A stretch of 62,678 nucleotides of DNA, counting the filler, from Globobulimina sp. (taxonomy: Eukaryota): NCBI GenBank assembly GCA_003354225.1. It is 39 parts of 39 records of this genome, joined end to end, with 100 filler letters (N's around TTAATTAATTAA, not from the genome) between each part and the next. Parts side by side here need not be neighbours in the genome. Positions count along the whole stretch, not along the records: positions 11,278 to 12,787 come from PIVH01015528.1; positions 12,888 to 14,397 come from PIVH01015529.1; positions 14,498 to 16,007 come from PIVH01015530.1; positions 16,108 to 17,617 come from PIVH01015531.1; positions 17,718 to 19,227 come from PIVH01015532.1; positions 19,328 to 20,837 come from PIVH01015533.1; positions 20,938 to 22,447 come from PIVH01015534.1; positions 22,548 to 24,057 come from PIVH01015535.1; 31 more parts are not named here. One strand, 5' to 3'. Shown in pieces: positions 11,178 to 22,750 of this stretch. Numbering within the stretch: the stretch's first letter is position 1; each line of letters begins with the position of its first letter. The position numbers and the translations under genes were made by a program. The notes beneath the pieces are model-generated. The model was not told the origin of the DNA. It searched no databases and saw only the letters and a program-made list of their open reading frames with translations.

Positions 11178-11277
11178 NNNNNNNNNNNNNNNNNNNNNNN
11201 NNNNNNNNNNNNNNNNNNNNNTTAATTAATTAANNNNNNNNNNNNNNNNNNNNNNNNNNNNNNNNNNNNNNNNNNNN

Positions 11278-12787
11278 ATTTTCCAGCTTAACTATTGCTG
11301 GACTCAATGGATATGATGGATGCGATGCTTGCATTTCTAAAAAATCATCAACTACTTCGTCAATCATTGTTGTATTCAGTGACGTTGCTACAGATCCAAA
11401 TGGATTCATCTCTGTTTGGAGTATTTTCCTTGTCACCATCTCAGAACTTCGTTCTTTGTGCTCTTCATCAAAGCAAACTGAGTCTGATGCGAGTCCTGAT
11501 TCTTTGATACTTATTTCACTCAAAAATGAGCCCGTTACACCAGTGCCTTGTCCTGTTAATAACATATCATTTCCTTTTGAATTCATCTCTGATAATAACT
11601 TATTCAAACATTGAATCCATGCATCAAATTGCCACTTATTCACACAAATAAAATCAAAGCTTCTCTTAGTTGTAATCAATGAAAATGATAATTCTTCCTC
11701 TTGTTGATTGAATGAATAATTTATGTTTCTAAAATTCTCCGTTTGTTGTCCACATAAAATATTTGTAACGGAGGTTAATAACAAAAAGCTTGCTTCTTTG
11801 TCTGTATTTGCATCATCATTCCCAATCAATATCTTTTTCCAATATATTATATAAATCTGTCTGTCATCTGAAACATGCTGTACTTCCAACCATATTTTAA
11901 CTTGCTGTGGTTGGTCTGATCCCGTTTCTAATTTTAATAATTTGGTGCCAGAAACCAGTTGTAATAAGTGTTTGGAGTGCAGCTTCTCTGAATTTAATTG
12001 ATCTCTCCAAAACTTTGAAACGTCTGAATATTGCTGATTAATACCAAAATAATTATCATTTTCTGCCCGATTGTGAACAATAAGTGGTACAATCTCATCA
12101 CTTAACGTTCTACCACCATCACCAGGCACTTCCTCATGTAATATCAATGATTGTCTCTCTGTGGGTAATTCTGGTGTATCGTCACATAAATCTGATGCTA
12201 AATCAATGGATATGACTTGAAGCTCCTTCTCTTTATTATTATTATTCGTGTTTGGCAGTACTGGATGTGGCGAAGAGAAGGTATTTATATCCACAAATTG
12301 CGCTGTTGATATTCTATTGGTTAAAGTGGCGATATTCCCTTGAACCTCTTCTAACTTATCTTGTAAATTCATGATAACTTTTGTAAACTCAATGGTTGGA
12401 ATAACTGAGGATGGCGTATCTGAGCCATATTCACTTAATTTGTCCCCTTCATCAAATAACCTTTTTCTTCGGTTATTATTATTATCACAGCGTAAATTAT
12501 TTAATTCTTTTTCCATTTTTGAACTATTTTTTTGATGATTTTTAATTTTGGTTTTTAAGGATACATTTTGTTTCTTTAATTTTTTCATTTTTTCATACAT
12601 AAGTTCAATTTTGTGTGGTTTTGATGTATATTCATTTATTTGTTTTTTTAAGGATTTAACCAATGACTGATACTTTCGTAATTTTGCTTTGTCATCGATG
12701 GTCTCGTTAACAATGGCATGATTTTGCACTTTTTTGGTAAACTGGGCGAAACGTAGTGTATTTAGTGACTCTTCTTTTTCATCTTCT
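11278..12787 (-). CDS. Kinesin (motor end, neck, coiled coil) with a downstream PH domain, partial
   Basis: Upstream of the listed ORF the frame reads EESLNTLRFAQFTKKVQNHAIVNE (kinesin alpha-6/neck). The later segment NILCGQQTENFR...SFSLITTKRSFDFICVNKWQFDAWIQCL is a PLC/Num1-type PH domain. Confidence 0.85.
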
Positions 12788-12887
12788 NNNNNNNNNNNNN
12801 NNNNNNNNNNNNNNNNNNNNNNNNNNNNNNNTTAATTAATTAANNNNNNNNNNNNNNNNNNNNNNNNNNNNNNNNNNNNNNNNNNNN

Positions 12888-14397
12888 TCCATACCGATAC
12901 GGCCCGCTATCGCCAACCAATAAATCCTTTGAATAGTCCTTTCGACTCAATATCTTACCACCTTTTCTTTTGTCATTCTCATTATCTTTATCCTCGGCCT
13001 CCTCATCCGGGCAATTATCATTATTATCAAGATCCACATTTTCATCATCATAATTACTCATTGCTCCTTCCTTTTGCTCCTCCTCTTCATTGTCAGCAGC
13101 CTCATTTGTACATAAATATAATTGTATATTTATTGAGAATTCAATTGGTGCCTCCAATAAAAATCTTAAATGAGTTTTGGAAAATGTTGTAATTTTAAAC
13201 TGTGGATTCAATGGAAATGTGTCATGATTGGGTGAGCCGCCCGAATACTTTGCCGTCCATAATCCATTAAAAACCTTTTGATATTTCCATAATTTCACAT
13301 CATCGATCGGTTTAAATCTGGCCGGCAATGTCGAATGCGCAGTAATTGTAAACGCAACGTCATGTTTTTTCTCATATTGCGAGATTATTATTGTATACCT
13401 TTGAATATTTTTCTTTTTATTGGTTGGAATCTCAATTCTCATTAAATAATGCGGCGAATTTATATACGTTCCAGAATGGAGTGCGCCTTTTCTATGAAAC
13501 ACGCGTCGGTCTCTGGTGTTTACCGTATTAGAATCATAAACGTGTAATGTCAGAAAATCATTTTTATCCTGTTCCTGTCGCTTGGAACTCTCCATATGTT
13601 TGGATAATAATATCCAGACACAACCGGTGATATTATCAAAACTGTCGTCTTTCTTCTCTTCCGGTGATATTTCCTTTTCCTCTTTGTTTTTGACGTCGAC
13701 ATCTAACGTAAACTGCGGATTATAGCCGAGATTATACGAATCATTCTTCGGTCCAATGCTCTTACTCCAAAAGCCGTGCTGTCTGATTTTGTACTTAAAA
13801 AGTTTAGGATTCCAATTCAGGAAAACTGCAGAAAAATATTTAAAAACATCTTGTAAACACATCCAAAATATGCCGTTATCAAATTGTTTCTCTTTATTCG
13901 GATTATAATTCAATGCTTTCCGTAATTGCGGCGTCCAATTTGTGTCGTCTTGCGCTGAAAATCTCCCTTTCCATCTCGTCTCTGCCCACGGATTCTTTAT
14001 CAACATAAACTTCCAATTTCCCAATTGTTCCACTCTTAATTTAATGTTAAGGCAGTCAGTAGTCACTGAGTTAAATAGCTATAACACAAATACCTCAATA
14101 CAGCATAAGAATGCGTAGGTACTAAACCCAATGCATCTGCTTCTTCCTCGCTCATCTTTGCGGAGGACAACGTTATCAAACAATCGCCCAACTTATGGCC
14201 AGACACTAGTCTCTGAAACAAGCTGTCAATTTCATCGCTTTGCATGCCAATCCGTTCGGGAATCCAACCAGTTAAAACATGCAAATCTTCCGCGGACGTA
14301 CTACCGGGAAAGTCGTAGCCACCCATTACTTTCAAAAACGCCTTCTCGATTAACGACACCCTGAACGCATTTACGTTATTACTGTACGAACACAATA
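12888..14397 (-). CDS. CAPN7: Calpain-7/PalB-like cysteine protease, partial
   Basis: SLIEKAFLKVMGGYDFPGS, LTGWIPERI, catalytic His in GLVPTHSYAVL, catalytic Asn in IKNPW, FDNGIFW, and domain III (NPQF, GTYINSPHYL). Intron at ~14093..14040. Confidence 0.9.
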
Positions 14398-14497
14398 NNN
14401 NNNNNNNNNNNNNNNNNNNNNNNNNNNNNNNNNNNNNNNNNTTAATTAATTAANNNNNNNNNNNNNNNNNNNNNNNNNNNNNNNNNNNNNNNNNNNN

Positions 14498-16007
14498 CAG
14501 CGCGGCTCTGGCATAGATGGAGCTTCCGTCCATTTCTTTTCCACCACATTATATTTCCACATATTATGCAATATATTAGCAGTGGTGTTGGCGTCCACAC
14601 CACCAAATAAATACAACTGTCCATCAGGACCACAGGTTAAGCCCGCTTCAATAATAGGAACGGGCAGATCTTCCAACTTACTCCATTTCTTCGTCTTCCA
14701 TTCCACAAAATAGTGTGTTTTTTTACCCGTATTGCCGCCCAAGACATGCAGATTTCCATTGCGATCAAAGGTGCATTGCGGTTCCCAACCAACAGGGAAA
14801 TGTTCCTTTGTTTTATTTTCCCACTCATCTTTATCCTCATCATAAATCCAATAATTATCACTGGGATACGGCCCAACAATCACATATTTCTTATCCGGCG
14901 TGATCGACACTGCTCCGCCTCGCATATTGCCCGGCATATCTTTCAAGGGTTTGTATTCACCCGATTCTAAGATATATTTCCAACATTTATTAATCTCATA
15001 ACTGGATTCGTTGTAACCACCAAATATTAACAATCCATCATTCTTATACGATGCACATACGGTGGCTTGGGTTACCTTCTCCTTATATGGGTGGTCAATG
15101 TCCAATTGTACCTCAATATCATCGCAACCAAAATCTAATGAGGTTGTAAAGGGTGGCAGCCACGAACAATCGTCGCTCATTGACAGCTGATGATAGGCAA
15201 ACAAATCAATATCTAATGCTTCGGGATCGGAGGCGATTTTCCCTGCCTCAATGGCATAATGCGAATTGCCAGACTCGCGCAATGGTTTGGCTTCGACCAG
15301 CTTGAATCGCATGGTCGGTAACTTAAACATTGCGCGATACAGCAATATTTTCTCGCGTTCAACTCGTAAATCCGCATTCAAATTCGCCAGTTTGATGGCC
15401 TCTTTATAGGATTCCTTTGCTGCCACCAATGCTGCTTCCAATGCAACTTTTTCTTCTTTCAATTTCTCATTGATTTTACCTTCCTGTTCTTTCCTGGCGG
15501 CATCTTGTTGGGTGTCATCATTATTTATCATATAAACGCCATACATTCCCGTCGAAAAGGATGGTTTATAGGTTATAGGCATGCCTTGCAATGAATAAAC
15601 ACCATAAATTCCAGTGGAAAGTGATGCTTTGTAATCAAATGGCATTCTATTTGTTATCTCCACTTTGTCATTATATTTTTCCTCTTCTTGTAGTAACATT
15701 TTAATATCTGGTAATTGATTATCATCGGCATCCTCGTCATCTTGTTTCTGTTCCTCTTTCCTGCCATCAGCTTCATCAATTAATAATTTAGTATGGCCAA
15801 AGCCTAATGATACAGACAATATGGTGCCACCTTTGGTTTTCTCCGAAACCCAAGCATTTATACATTGTGGTTCCGTCACCGTTTGTGTATTGCCGTTACA
15901 ACATTGATGTTTATCGTTTTTGCCCCATATATAAACCTGCTGTTCATCCGTCAACACAGCCACGTGATAGGTACCACATCGTACATCCACAATAATCTTA
16001 TCTTCTA
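14498..16007 (-). CDS. RCC1-repeat, coiled-coil and Kelch-repeat protein, partial
   Basis: RCC1 blade VRCGTYHVAVLTDEQQVYIWGKNDKHQC. Kelch blades LLIFGGY, LHVLGGN and LYLFGGV with W...MP ends. Confidence 0.8.
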
Positions 16008-16150
16008 NNNNNNNNNNNNNNNNNNNNNNNNNNNNNNNNNNNNNNNNNNNNTTAATTAATTAANNNNNNNNNNNNNNNNNNNNNNNNNNNNNNNNNNNNN
16101 NNNNNNNAAAAACAACTAAATAGAAATAATAAATAGGAAAAAAAAATAGT

Positions 16151-17040
16151 TCAATTAATAACAATTTGTCTTGTTTTTATCCGATAGAAACAAACAATGG
16201 CATTAACCACACAAATGACACACATTAAAAACCAGATATTTACCAATGCAAAATCACTAAAACGCAAACTTAATGAATATGTGCCATGTTCTGGCAATTC
16301 ATTGTTATTATTATCCATCGCCTCATTGTCAGCAAAAAATGCGTTATTTGCGTCGTCCGACGAATCATCACTCTCTGCACTGTCTGATGAAGATTCTGAT
16401 GATGAATCTGATGATATGGCCATTGTTGTTGTGGTTGGTATGGCCATTGCCGTTGTGGTGGATATGGGAATTGTTGTTGTCGTCGGACAGTGAGTGGTAA
16501 TGCATAGTGTCCAACTTTCTAATGTCCCAATATCCCCACCCCCAGCATCGATAACTGAGAGTGTCCAAAAAGTCTCAACATCCAATAAATCGCCACCGAA
16601 TTCTTCAGCAAAGGGAGAAATTGGTTGAATATCAGTTCCATTTGGACAGCCATAGGGTGTCGTGCTTGAATCTTTGATTTTTATTTGTATGTTATACATT
16701 AATTAGTAATCAAAATACAAATAATAAATAATAAACAACCTATATACGTACCTGTCACTGTGACATATAAGTAATTCACACCACACCATTGACCACCAAA
16801 AAATTCAAAACCATTTAAACTAAAATCTAAATCAGACATAAATTCATGTGTAACATCGAGTGTAATACTCAGGGAATCAACAAAACAGCCGGACGGTTCC
16901 GCGGATGCTGTTATATCGTCTTGGATTCCGTTTGGGTCATTGTCAGGAATTGGTATTGCTGGTGATTGCGTAATGCTGATATCGCATTGGGAATAAGCAG
17001 CAACAGTGAATAATACGAATGCATACGAGATAAAATCCAT
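16151..17040 (-). CDS. Type I membrane protein with proprotein-convertase P-domain
   Basis: Signal peptide; IPIPDNDPNGIQDDI, LDVTHEFMSDLDFSL and WTLSVIDAGGGDIGTLESWTL (P-domain). Intron 16751..16672 splices in frame. T/S stalk and C-terminal TM helix. Confidence 0.82.
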
Positions 17041-17109
17041 GATCGACTGAGGAGGGATTCTTTGGTTAGTGAAAAAGTTGAAGTTTTTTTATGGCAAATG
17101 AAAGTGTCA

Positions 17110-17343
17110 GCAAACAATGATGGTGTTGCGGAGGGATTTTCTTCATCACTTTCTTGATGAGTTTGGGGATGTAATTAATGGCCAAATAGCCGACCACTAA
17201 GATCAATATCGGCGACACCAGCAAAGGCAACAAAATGTTTTGGACGCTCGGCTGTTTCATGCCAGTCAGTTCGGACAAAATGATTAATGCGATCACGTCG
17301 TCCAAGATGGCGGCAGCAATTATTAACTGTCCAGTGGGTGTAT
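17110..17343 (-). pseudogene. Isolated internal fragment of a CPA2-family cation/H+ antiporter
   Basis: TPTGQLIIAAAILDDVIALIILS is the CPA2 DD motif. No splice acceptor or start at the 5' edge, and similarity stops abruptly at the 3' edge. Confidence 0.65.
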
Positions 17344-17810
17344 ATTTTATTTTTAAATTTGTATTAATTGAATGTAGATTGATTTTATGATTTTTATGAT
17401 TATTATTTGGTATTAAGGCAAAATGCGAACATTCGCCTTTGTCATAAACAACGAGGGAATATATTCCAAATTATACACAATATAATTATAGCAATATAAC
17501 TCTCGCAATACATCGATTTGTATTTTTATGCAGTAGATTGTACACAAATCGATGCCAATGTCAATCCAGGTGTTACATTGTGATAATTATATTGCCTATT
17601 TTTTGAAAAAAATGTGANNNNNNNNNNNNNNNNNNNNNNNNNNNNNNNNNNNNNNNNNNNNTTAATTAATTAANNNNNNNNNNNNNNNNNNNNNNNNNNN
17701 NNNNNNNNNNNNNNNNNAGCTGTTGCTTTTTGTAATCATAATTTGAATTAAGCCTAAATTTAGACACAATTATTTTGTCAAAACAACAACAACAAAAATC
17801 CAAATCAAAA

Positions 17811-19227
17811 ATGGAATCACTACATTCGGAATTGATTCATCAACATCAACCAGATCCAGATCAGAATCCACCATCAACATCGGATAAATATTTAAAACGT
17901 TTAGATAAATATTCCAGTCTTATTGTAATATTTTGGATAACGTTAACTGCAGTGAGCTCGTTTTGGGCCTTTGATTTAATGTCATACACATCCGATACTT
18001 TCGACCCACCGCAAGGAAGCGAGTCCCTAAAAGCCCAAGAAAAAGCAAAACATTATTTCCCTGTAATACAACCTACAGTGGACACCATATTAATTGAACA
18101 GCAAAACACTTCCAAATCGGTTATCAACCAAGACACTAAAAACATTTATCAACAAATAAATGCGACCATAATGAATGAGATTAACCCCAAATATGACTAT
18201 GTCATTCAACAAATTCAATCCATTTATCAGTATGAAAATAATCCATCATTTATCAAAAATGAATTTGTTGACAAAAGCGAAAATTATATGTTAATATTTG
18301 TGGAACGATATGACAATAAAAAACTAAAAGCTCTACTATCGGAAATACAAAACTTAGTACATTCCATATCCACACAGTACCCAAATGAATACAACCTTAA
18401 GTTAACAGGATTTGATGCAATGGCAGCAGATGTCGAGTTTTTCAGTATTACGGATGTCGTTTTTTTGCCATTCGCATTGTTGCTGATGTGGTATACTTTG
18501 GGCAGTTGGAAGTTGATAATTATTGTAATACTCTCATTAGTGATGAGCGTAATAATTTCGTTTACGGCGTTTATTCCTTTTGCAAAATATAATTTATTGC
18601 CAGCATCGAGTGAAGCGCCAGTTTTGATGTTGTTTCTATGTATGGCCATCAGTTTGGATTATTCACTATTTTTATTGTCAAGATTTGCTGCAGAAATTAA
18701 AAAAAAGAAAAAAACCGTAAATCAAGCAGTAAAAGAAATGATTCTTTATTCAGGACATGTCATATTATTATCTGGTACGGTGTTAATTGTATGTTTGCTC
18801 GGATTATTTTTAATCAATGTCCCAGTGAGCAATGGGTTGGCCTGCGGTGCTGCTCTGAGTGTATTTTGTTGCATGGTGATAGCTATCACATTTTCAGCGT
18901 CGTTCATTTTAACGTTTCCATCATTTTATGATTTTAAAAAGCCCAAACAAATCGATTCGGAATTTAGTTTTAGAAAAAATTGGTATTTTAAAGTAAGTCA
19001 AGTTATAACAGTATCACCATATAATTATTTATTGTTGTTTGCTGCATTCGGTTCTATGTCAATCGTAATGTATTTAGGTTTTGTAAATCACAAAGTGTCG
19101 CTGGATACGTTCGCTTTACTCCCAAAGCATTCAGACTCTGTTATTGCATATAAAACAATATTGGAAAAGTTTGATGTTACTGCTACAGAATCGATTGACA
19201 TAGTGGTTGTAAATAATATTGCGAATG
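17811..19227 (+). CDS. MMPL/RND-superfamily transporter (3' partial)
   Basis: One TM, large loop, then five TMs. Signatures MAISLDYSLFLLSRF and SGHVILLSGTVL. The second repeat begins at LLPKHSDSVIAY. Confidence 0.85.
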
Positions 19228-20114
19228 NNNNNNNNNNNNNNNNNNNNNNNNNNNNNNNNNNNNNNNNNNNNTTAATTAATTAANNNNNNNNNNNNNNNNN
19301 NNNNNNNNNNNNNNNNNNNNNNNNNNNCGTAGTATTTAGTTATGAGTGTCGCCACTTATTTATTTTTTAATTGAGGCCATGATAGGTAGAAATCCTATAC
19401 TCTCGTATATATAGCAACGTTTTTTTGTTTTTATTTTATTTTTGTTTTAAGAGCCTCAATTTGAGCAAAATTTGGAAAGCCGAACATCTTCAAAACGACA
19501 CTCCACAAAAATTGTGCAAAATACATATCTGGAAATCTAGAACAAAAAAAACAGATTTGAATTATTATTATTATTATTAACATGTTTTATTAATATTATT
19601 GTAATGATATCATTTGATAAATGCAAACAAAACAAAAATTTATATTTAAATGTGAGAAGGAAATTTGACAAACATAAACATTCCAATTCATCTAACCTTC
19701 CCCATTCACATTCGCATGAAAGAACAAAAAAAGGGAAACAAATACAACAATACCATCCAATACCAACTACATTCAACACATTCTTTATAATTAAAATAAA
19801 AAAATACACCAAAAGGATGAATGTGTAAAAACGTGGAGAAACAATATGAAAAATGCAGAAAATTTAAAAAAAAAAACGTAATAAAATTTCAAATCACAAT
19901 CAAATCTTTGGCATTCAAAAAATGTCCAAAAAAAAATACCAAAAAGCAATAATAAAATAGTACACGAACGAAACGATACAAAAATAACATTAATTTTGCA
20001 TCGGTTATTAAAAATACATAGACATAAAAACAGGAAAATAAACACAAAAAAATTATGAAAACACCAAAAAATAAATATATTTTTCAGTGTCACTTTTTAT
20101 ATAATAATATGGAT

Positions 20115-20837
20115 TTAATTTCGTAGAATAAAATTATTTAACAATTGTAGTGTTCGCTTAACGTCTTCATCCGTTACATTCTCACACTTCAACTGACAAA
20201 AAGTGGTAAAATCAACATAATCAATATAACCATCACAATCTTCGTCTTGCTCCAACATGAAATTAAACGCGCAAACAATCTGTTTCTCAGTCAAATTGAT
20301 AGCCATTTTGTGCAGACTTTGCAACCATTGATACAAATTAATGTCATCATCGCCTTCCTCATCGATAAATGCGATATTTCTCTGATTTTATCCCCAACCC
20401 AGCGCATTCCTCGCAATCTGCGCATTCCTCGCAATCTGCGCATTCCTCACTTTCTTCTAAATACTCAGCGCATTCCTCGCAATCTGCGCGTTGGAGCTCC
20501 TCCGTTAAAGACGGCGACATCTCCGGCAATGACGGCGGTAATGACGTATGTTGCACACGTACGGTCTCACAAAACTGATGCAATTCATCCACATTTATGT
20601 CATGTCGCTGCAATATTTTATTGCCCATAACTTCCAACAAAAACTGTCCATTTTCAGCGTCCTCTTCCTCATCAAACTCAACCTCCTCCTCATAATACGA
20701 CCTTTTTCCTTCGTACTTATATATAATCTGCGCATTACAACAGTTCTCCTCATGGTTAAACAACAAATATTTGGGCAGATAATCCGTAACAATCCACGCT
20801 GAAATATCATCAAAACCGATATGCATTAGAATCTGTG
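20115..20837 (-). CDS. EF-hand protein C-terminus interrupted by a frameshift near 20370
   Basis: EF-hand loop DEDCDGYIDYVDF in the 20115..20336 frame. The upstream acidic ORF with CEECAD repeats is in another frame. Confidence 0.55.
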
Positions 20838-20939
20838 NNNNNNNNNNNNNNNNNNNNNNNNNNNNNNNNNNNNNNNNNNNNTTAATTAATTAANNNNNNN
20901 NNNNNNNNNNNNNNNNNNNNNNNNNNNNNNNNNNNNNTA

Positions 20940-21212
20940 TACATTGGTGATACTCCAACAATTTATCACAAACCCAGAGCATTTGAGATTGATGAGTTTC
21001 TTAAGAATTGTGTCCATTACAACATTATCAATTATTGTTGCATTGATGACATGAATTTAGCGTTTCCATTGTATGAATCCAGAGAATCTGTGTTAAAACG
21101 ATGTGCGTCAATAATGTGCAATCATTTTGTTCAAACAAATGATGAAATTGGTTTAACAGATAAGAATGTAAAAGATGTCCTAGCTCTCCTATCTAACTAT
21201 CATTTAAAGTAA
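20940..21212 (+). CDS. HAD phosphatase of the Swiss-Army-Knife RNA-repair type (HAD_SAK_2-like), 3' part
   Basis: Manual translation, not in the ORF track: YIGDTP...RAFEIDEFLK...YCCIDDMNL...HFVQTNDEIGLTDKNVKDVLALL*. Confidence 0.72.
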   Translation, partial: YIGDTPTIYHKPRAFEIDEFLKNCVHYNIINYCCIDDMNLAFPLYESRESVLKRCASIMCNHFVQTNDEIGLTDKNVKDVLALLSNYHLK

Positions 21213-21276
21213 ATTGTCTCTTTAGACTTGGTGTGACTGTGCAAGAACAACAACTGAAATATATGGTTTATTAATT

Positions 21277-22010
21277 TTACAACAACGACCCAGTATTTTT
21301 TTGTTGATATCTATCCAAACTATTTTCATCTTCCTCATCTTGTTGAATTTCTTTCTTTTGCTTGTTTTTTTGATTTTTTTCATTTTCACTCAAGAAAAAA
21401 TTTGCTGCGATCAATTTTTCGCATTGATATTGCTTGATGAATTTTTGGAGTTTAAATTTTGATCTTGAAAGACTGCTACATTTATCTGGATAGGTTTTGT
21501 TATGTTGTTGTTCTCCATTCAATTGTTCATAAACAAGGAAAACATATCGATGTATTCCAGAGCCAGAGGGCGGTGCCGGACCGCCATATCTTGCAACAAC
21601 AATTCCTTTATCAATATTATTTCCTGGGATATTTACAATCATCCAATGCAACCAATGTCGAAATAAATGTAACTTTCGATTTGGTGCATCAGGATCGATA
21701 CATAATAAAGTATAATATTTATCATTTTCAGCAATAAATGATATTAAAGGAGGCATTGTTGTTTCTGTGGGAGTCATATATTTGGCAGGATTGACAATAT
21801 TATCTTCAAATGTAACATCCAATGTACAATCCGATGGTGGTTCTTGTGATATCACATCAGGAATTACGCCATATTTGTCATATCTGAAATGAAGACAATA
21901 ATAAATGTTTCTACTAATTAACAGTCAACACCATTGGTTATAATATAACTAAACATTGATGATGATAATAACGGTCTATTCATCTCATCTGAAGATGAAC
22001 AGCAACCCAT
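21277..22010 (-). CDS. Phosphatidylethanolamine-binding protein (PEBP/RKIP family)
   Basis: YTLLCIDPDAP, WLHWMIVNIPG and YGGPAPPSGSGIHRYVFLVYEQ. Exon 1 MGCCSSSDEMNRPLLSSS (22010..21955), intron 21954..21884, exon 2 (I)YDKYGVIPDVI in phase. Confidence 0.92.
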
Positions 22011-22072
22011 GGTTTTTGACTTTTATGTATAATGTTTTTGTAAATTATTCACTGCTAAACTGCTCAAAGAGA

Positions 22073-22432
22073 ATGGACAACGTTAATTTTGATGAGTATA
22101 AGGATCAGGATCAGGAGGATTCAAAAGAGACTATAACAAAGAAAAAAGAGGTAAAATTACCAAAAAAAAGTACTAATAACGATCCATTTGAAATGATAAT
22201 TACAGAACAACAATGCACTGAAACTGCATGTTTTGCAATGACATATCAACAATGTGGTCATTGTCGCAACTTTAAATGTGACCAACATCTAAATCGAATA
22301 TGTGTATTTGGTTCATATTGCATTTATTGTTACAAAAGGAAGTGTTATATGATTATTGGGACAGGAATTTGTGTGCTCATTTGTGTTGCTCTATTTTTTT
22401 GGATGTTGCATAACCTCGGAGTTTATTCATGA
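22073..22432 (+). CDS. Small tail-anchored protein with AN1-like Cys/His zinc finger
   Basis: CTETAC...CGHCRNFKCDQH...C...CIYC followed by a C-terminal TM helix. Probable ATG at 22073. Confidence 0.65.
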   Translation: MDNVNFDEYKDQDQEDSKETITKKKEVKLPKKSTNNDPFEMIITEQQCTETACFAMTYQQCGHCRNFKCDQHLNRICVFGSYCIYCYKRKCYMIIGTGICVLICVALFFWMLHNLGVYS

Positions 22433-22750
22433 AATTCTTCATATTCANNNNNNNNNNNNNNNNNNNNNNNNNNNNNNNNNNNNNNNNNNNNTTAATTAAT
22501 TAANNNNNNNNNNNNNNNNNNNNNNNNNNNNNNNNNNNNNNNNNNNNGTTGGATAATGGAAGGAATGCATTTAAGTCAGAGCCTCAGAGGCTAGCAAGCT
22601 CCGAACTTAGTTGGTATTTATTACGTTTGGTTGCAAAGTGTACGTGGATAATTTGGTTCTGGTTCCTCTGTATTTTTAGAAACTGTGGTTGTTGCAAATC
22701 TAATAATAAATTAATGGCACAATATGGCACAACGCAATAATTATCTAAAT

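Noticed and set aside
19328-20114. ORFs 19537..19812, 19604..19828 and 19791..20093
   Set aside because: Extremely A/T-rich UTR or intergenic sequence with no protein-like features.
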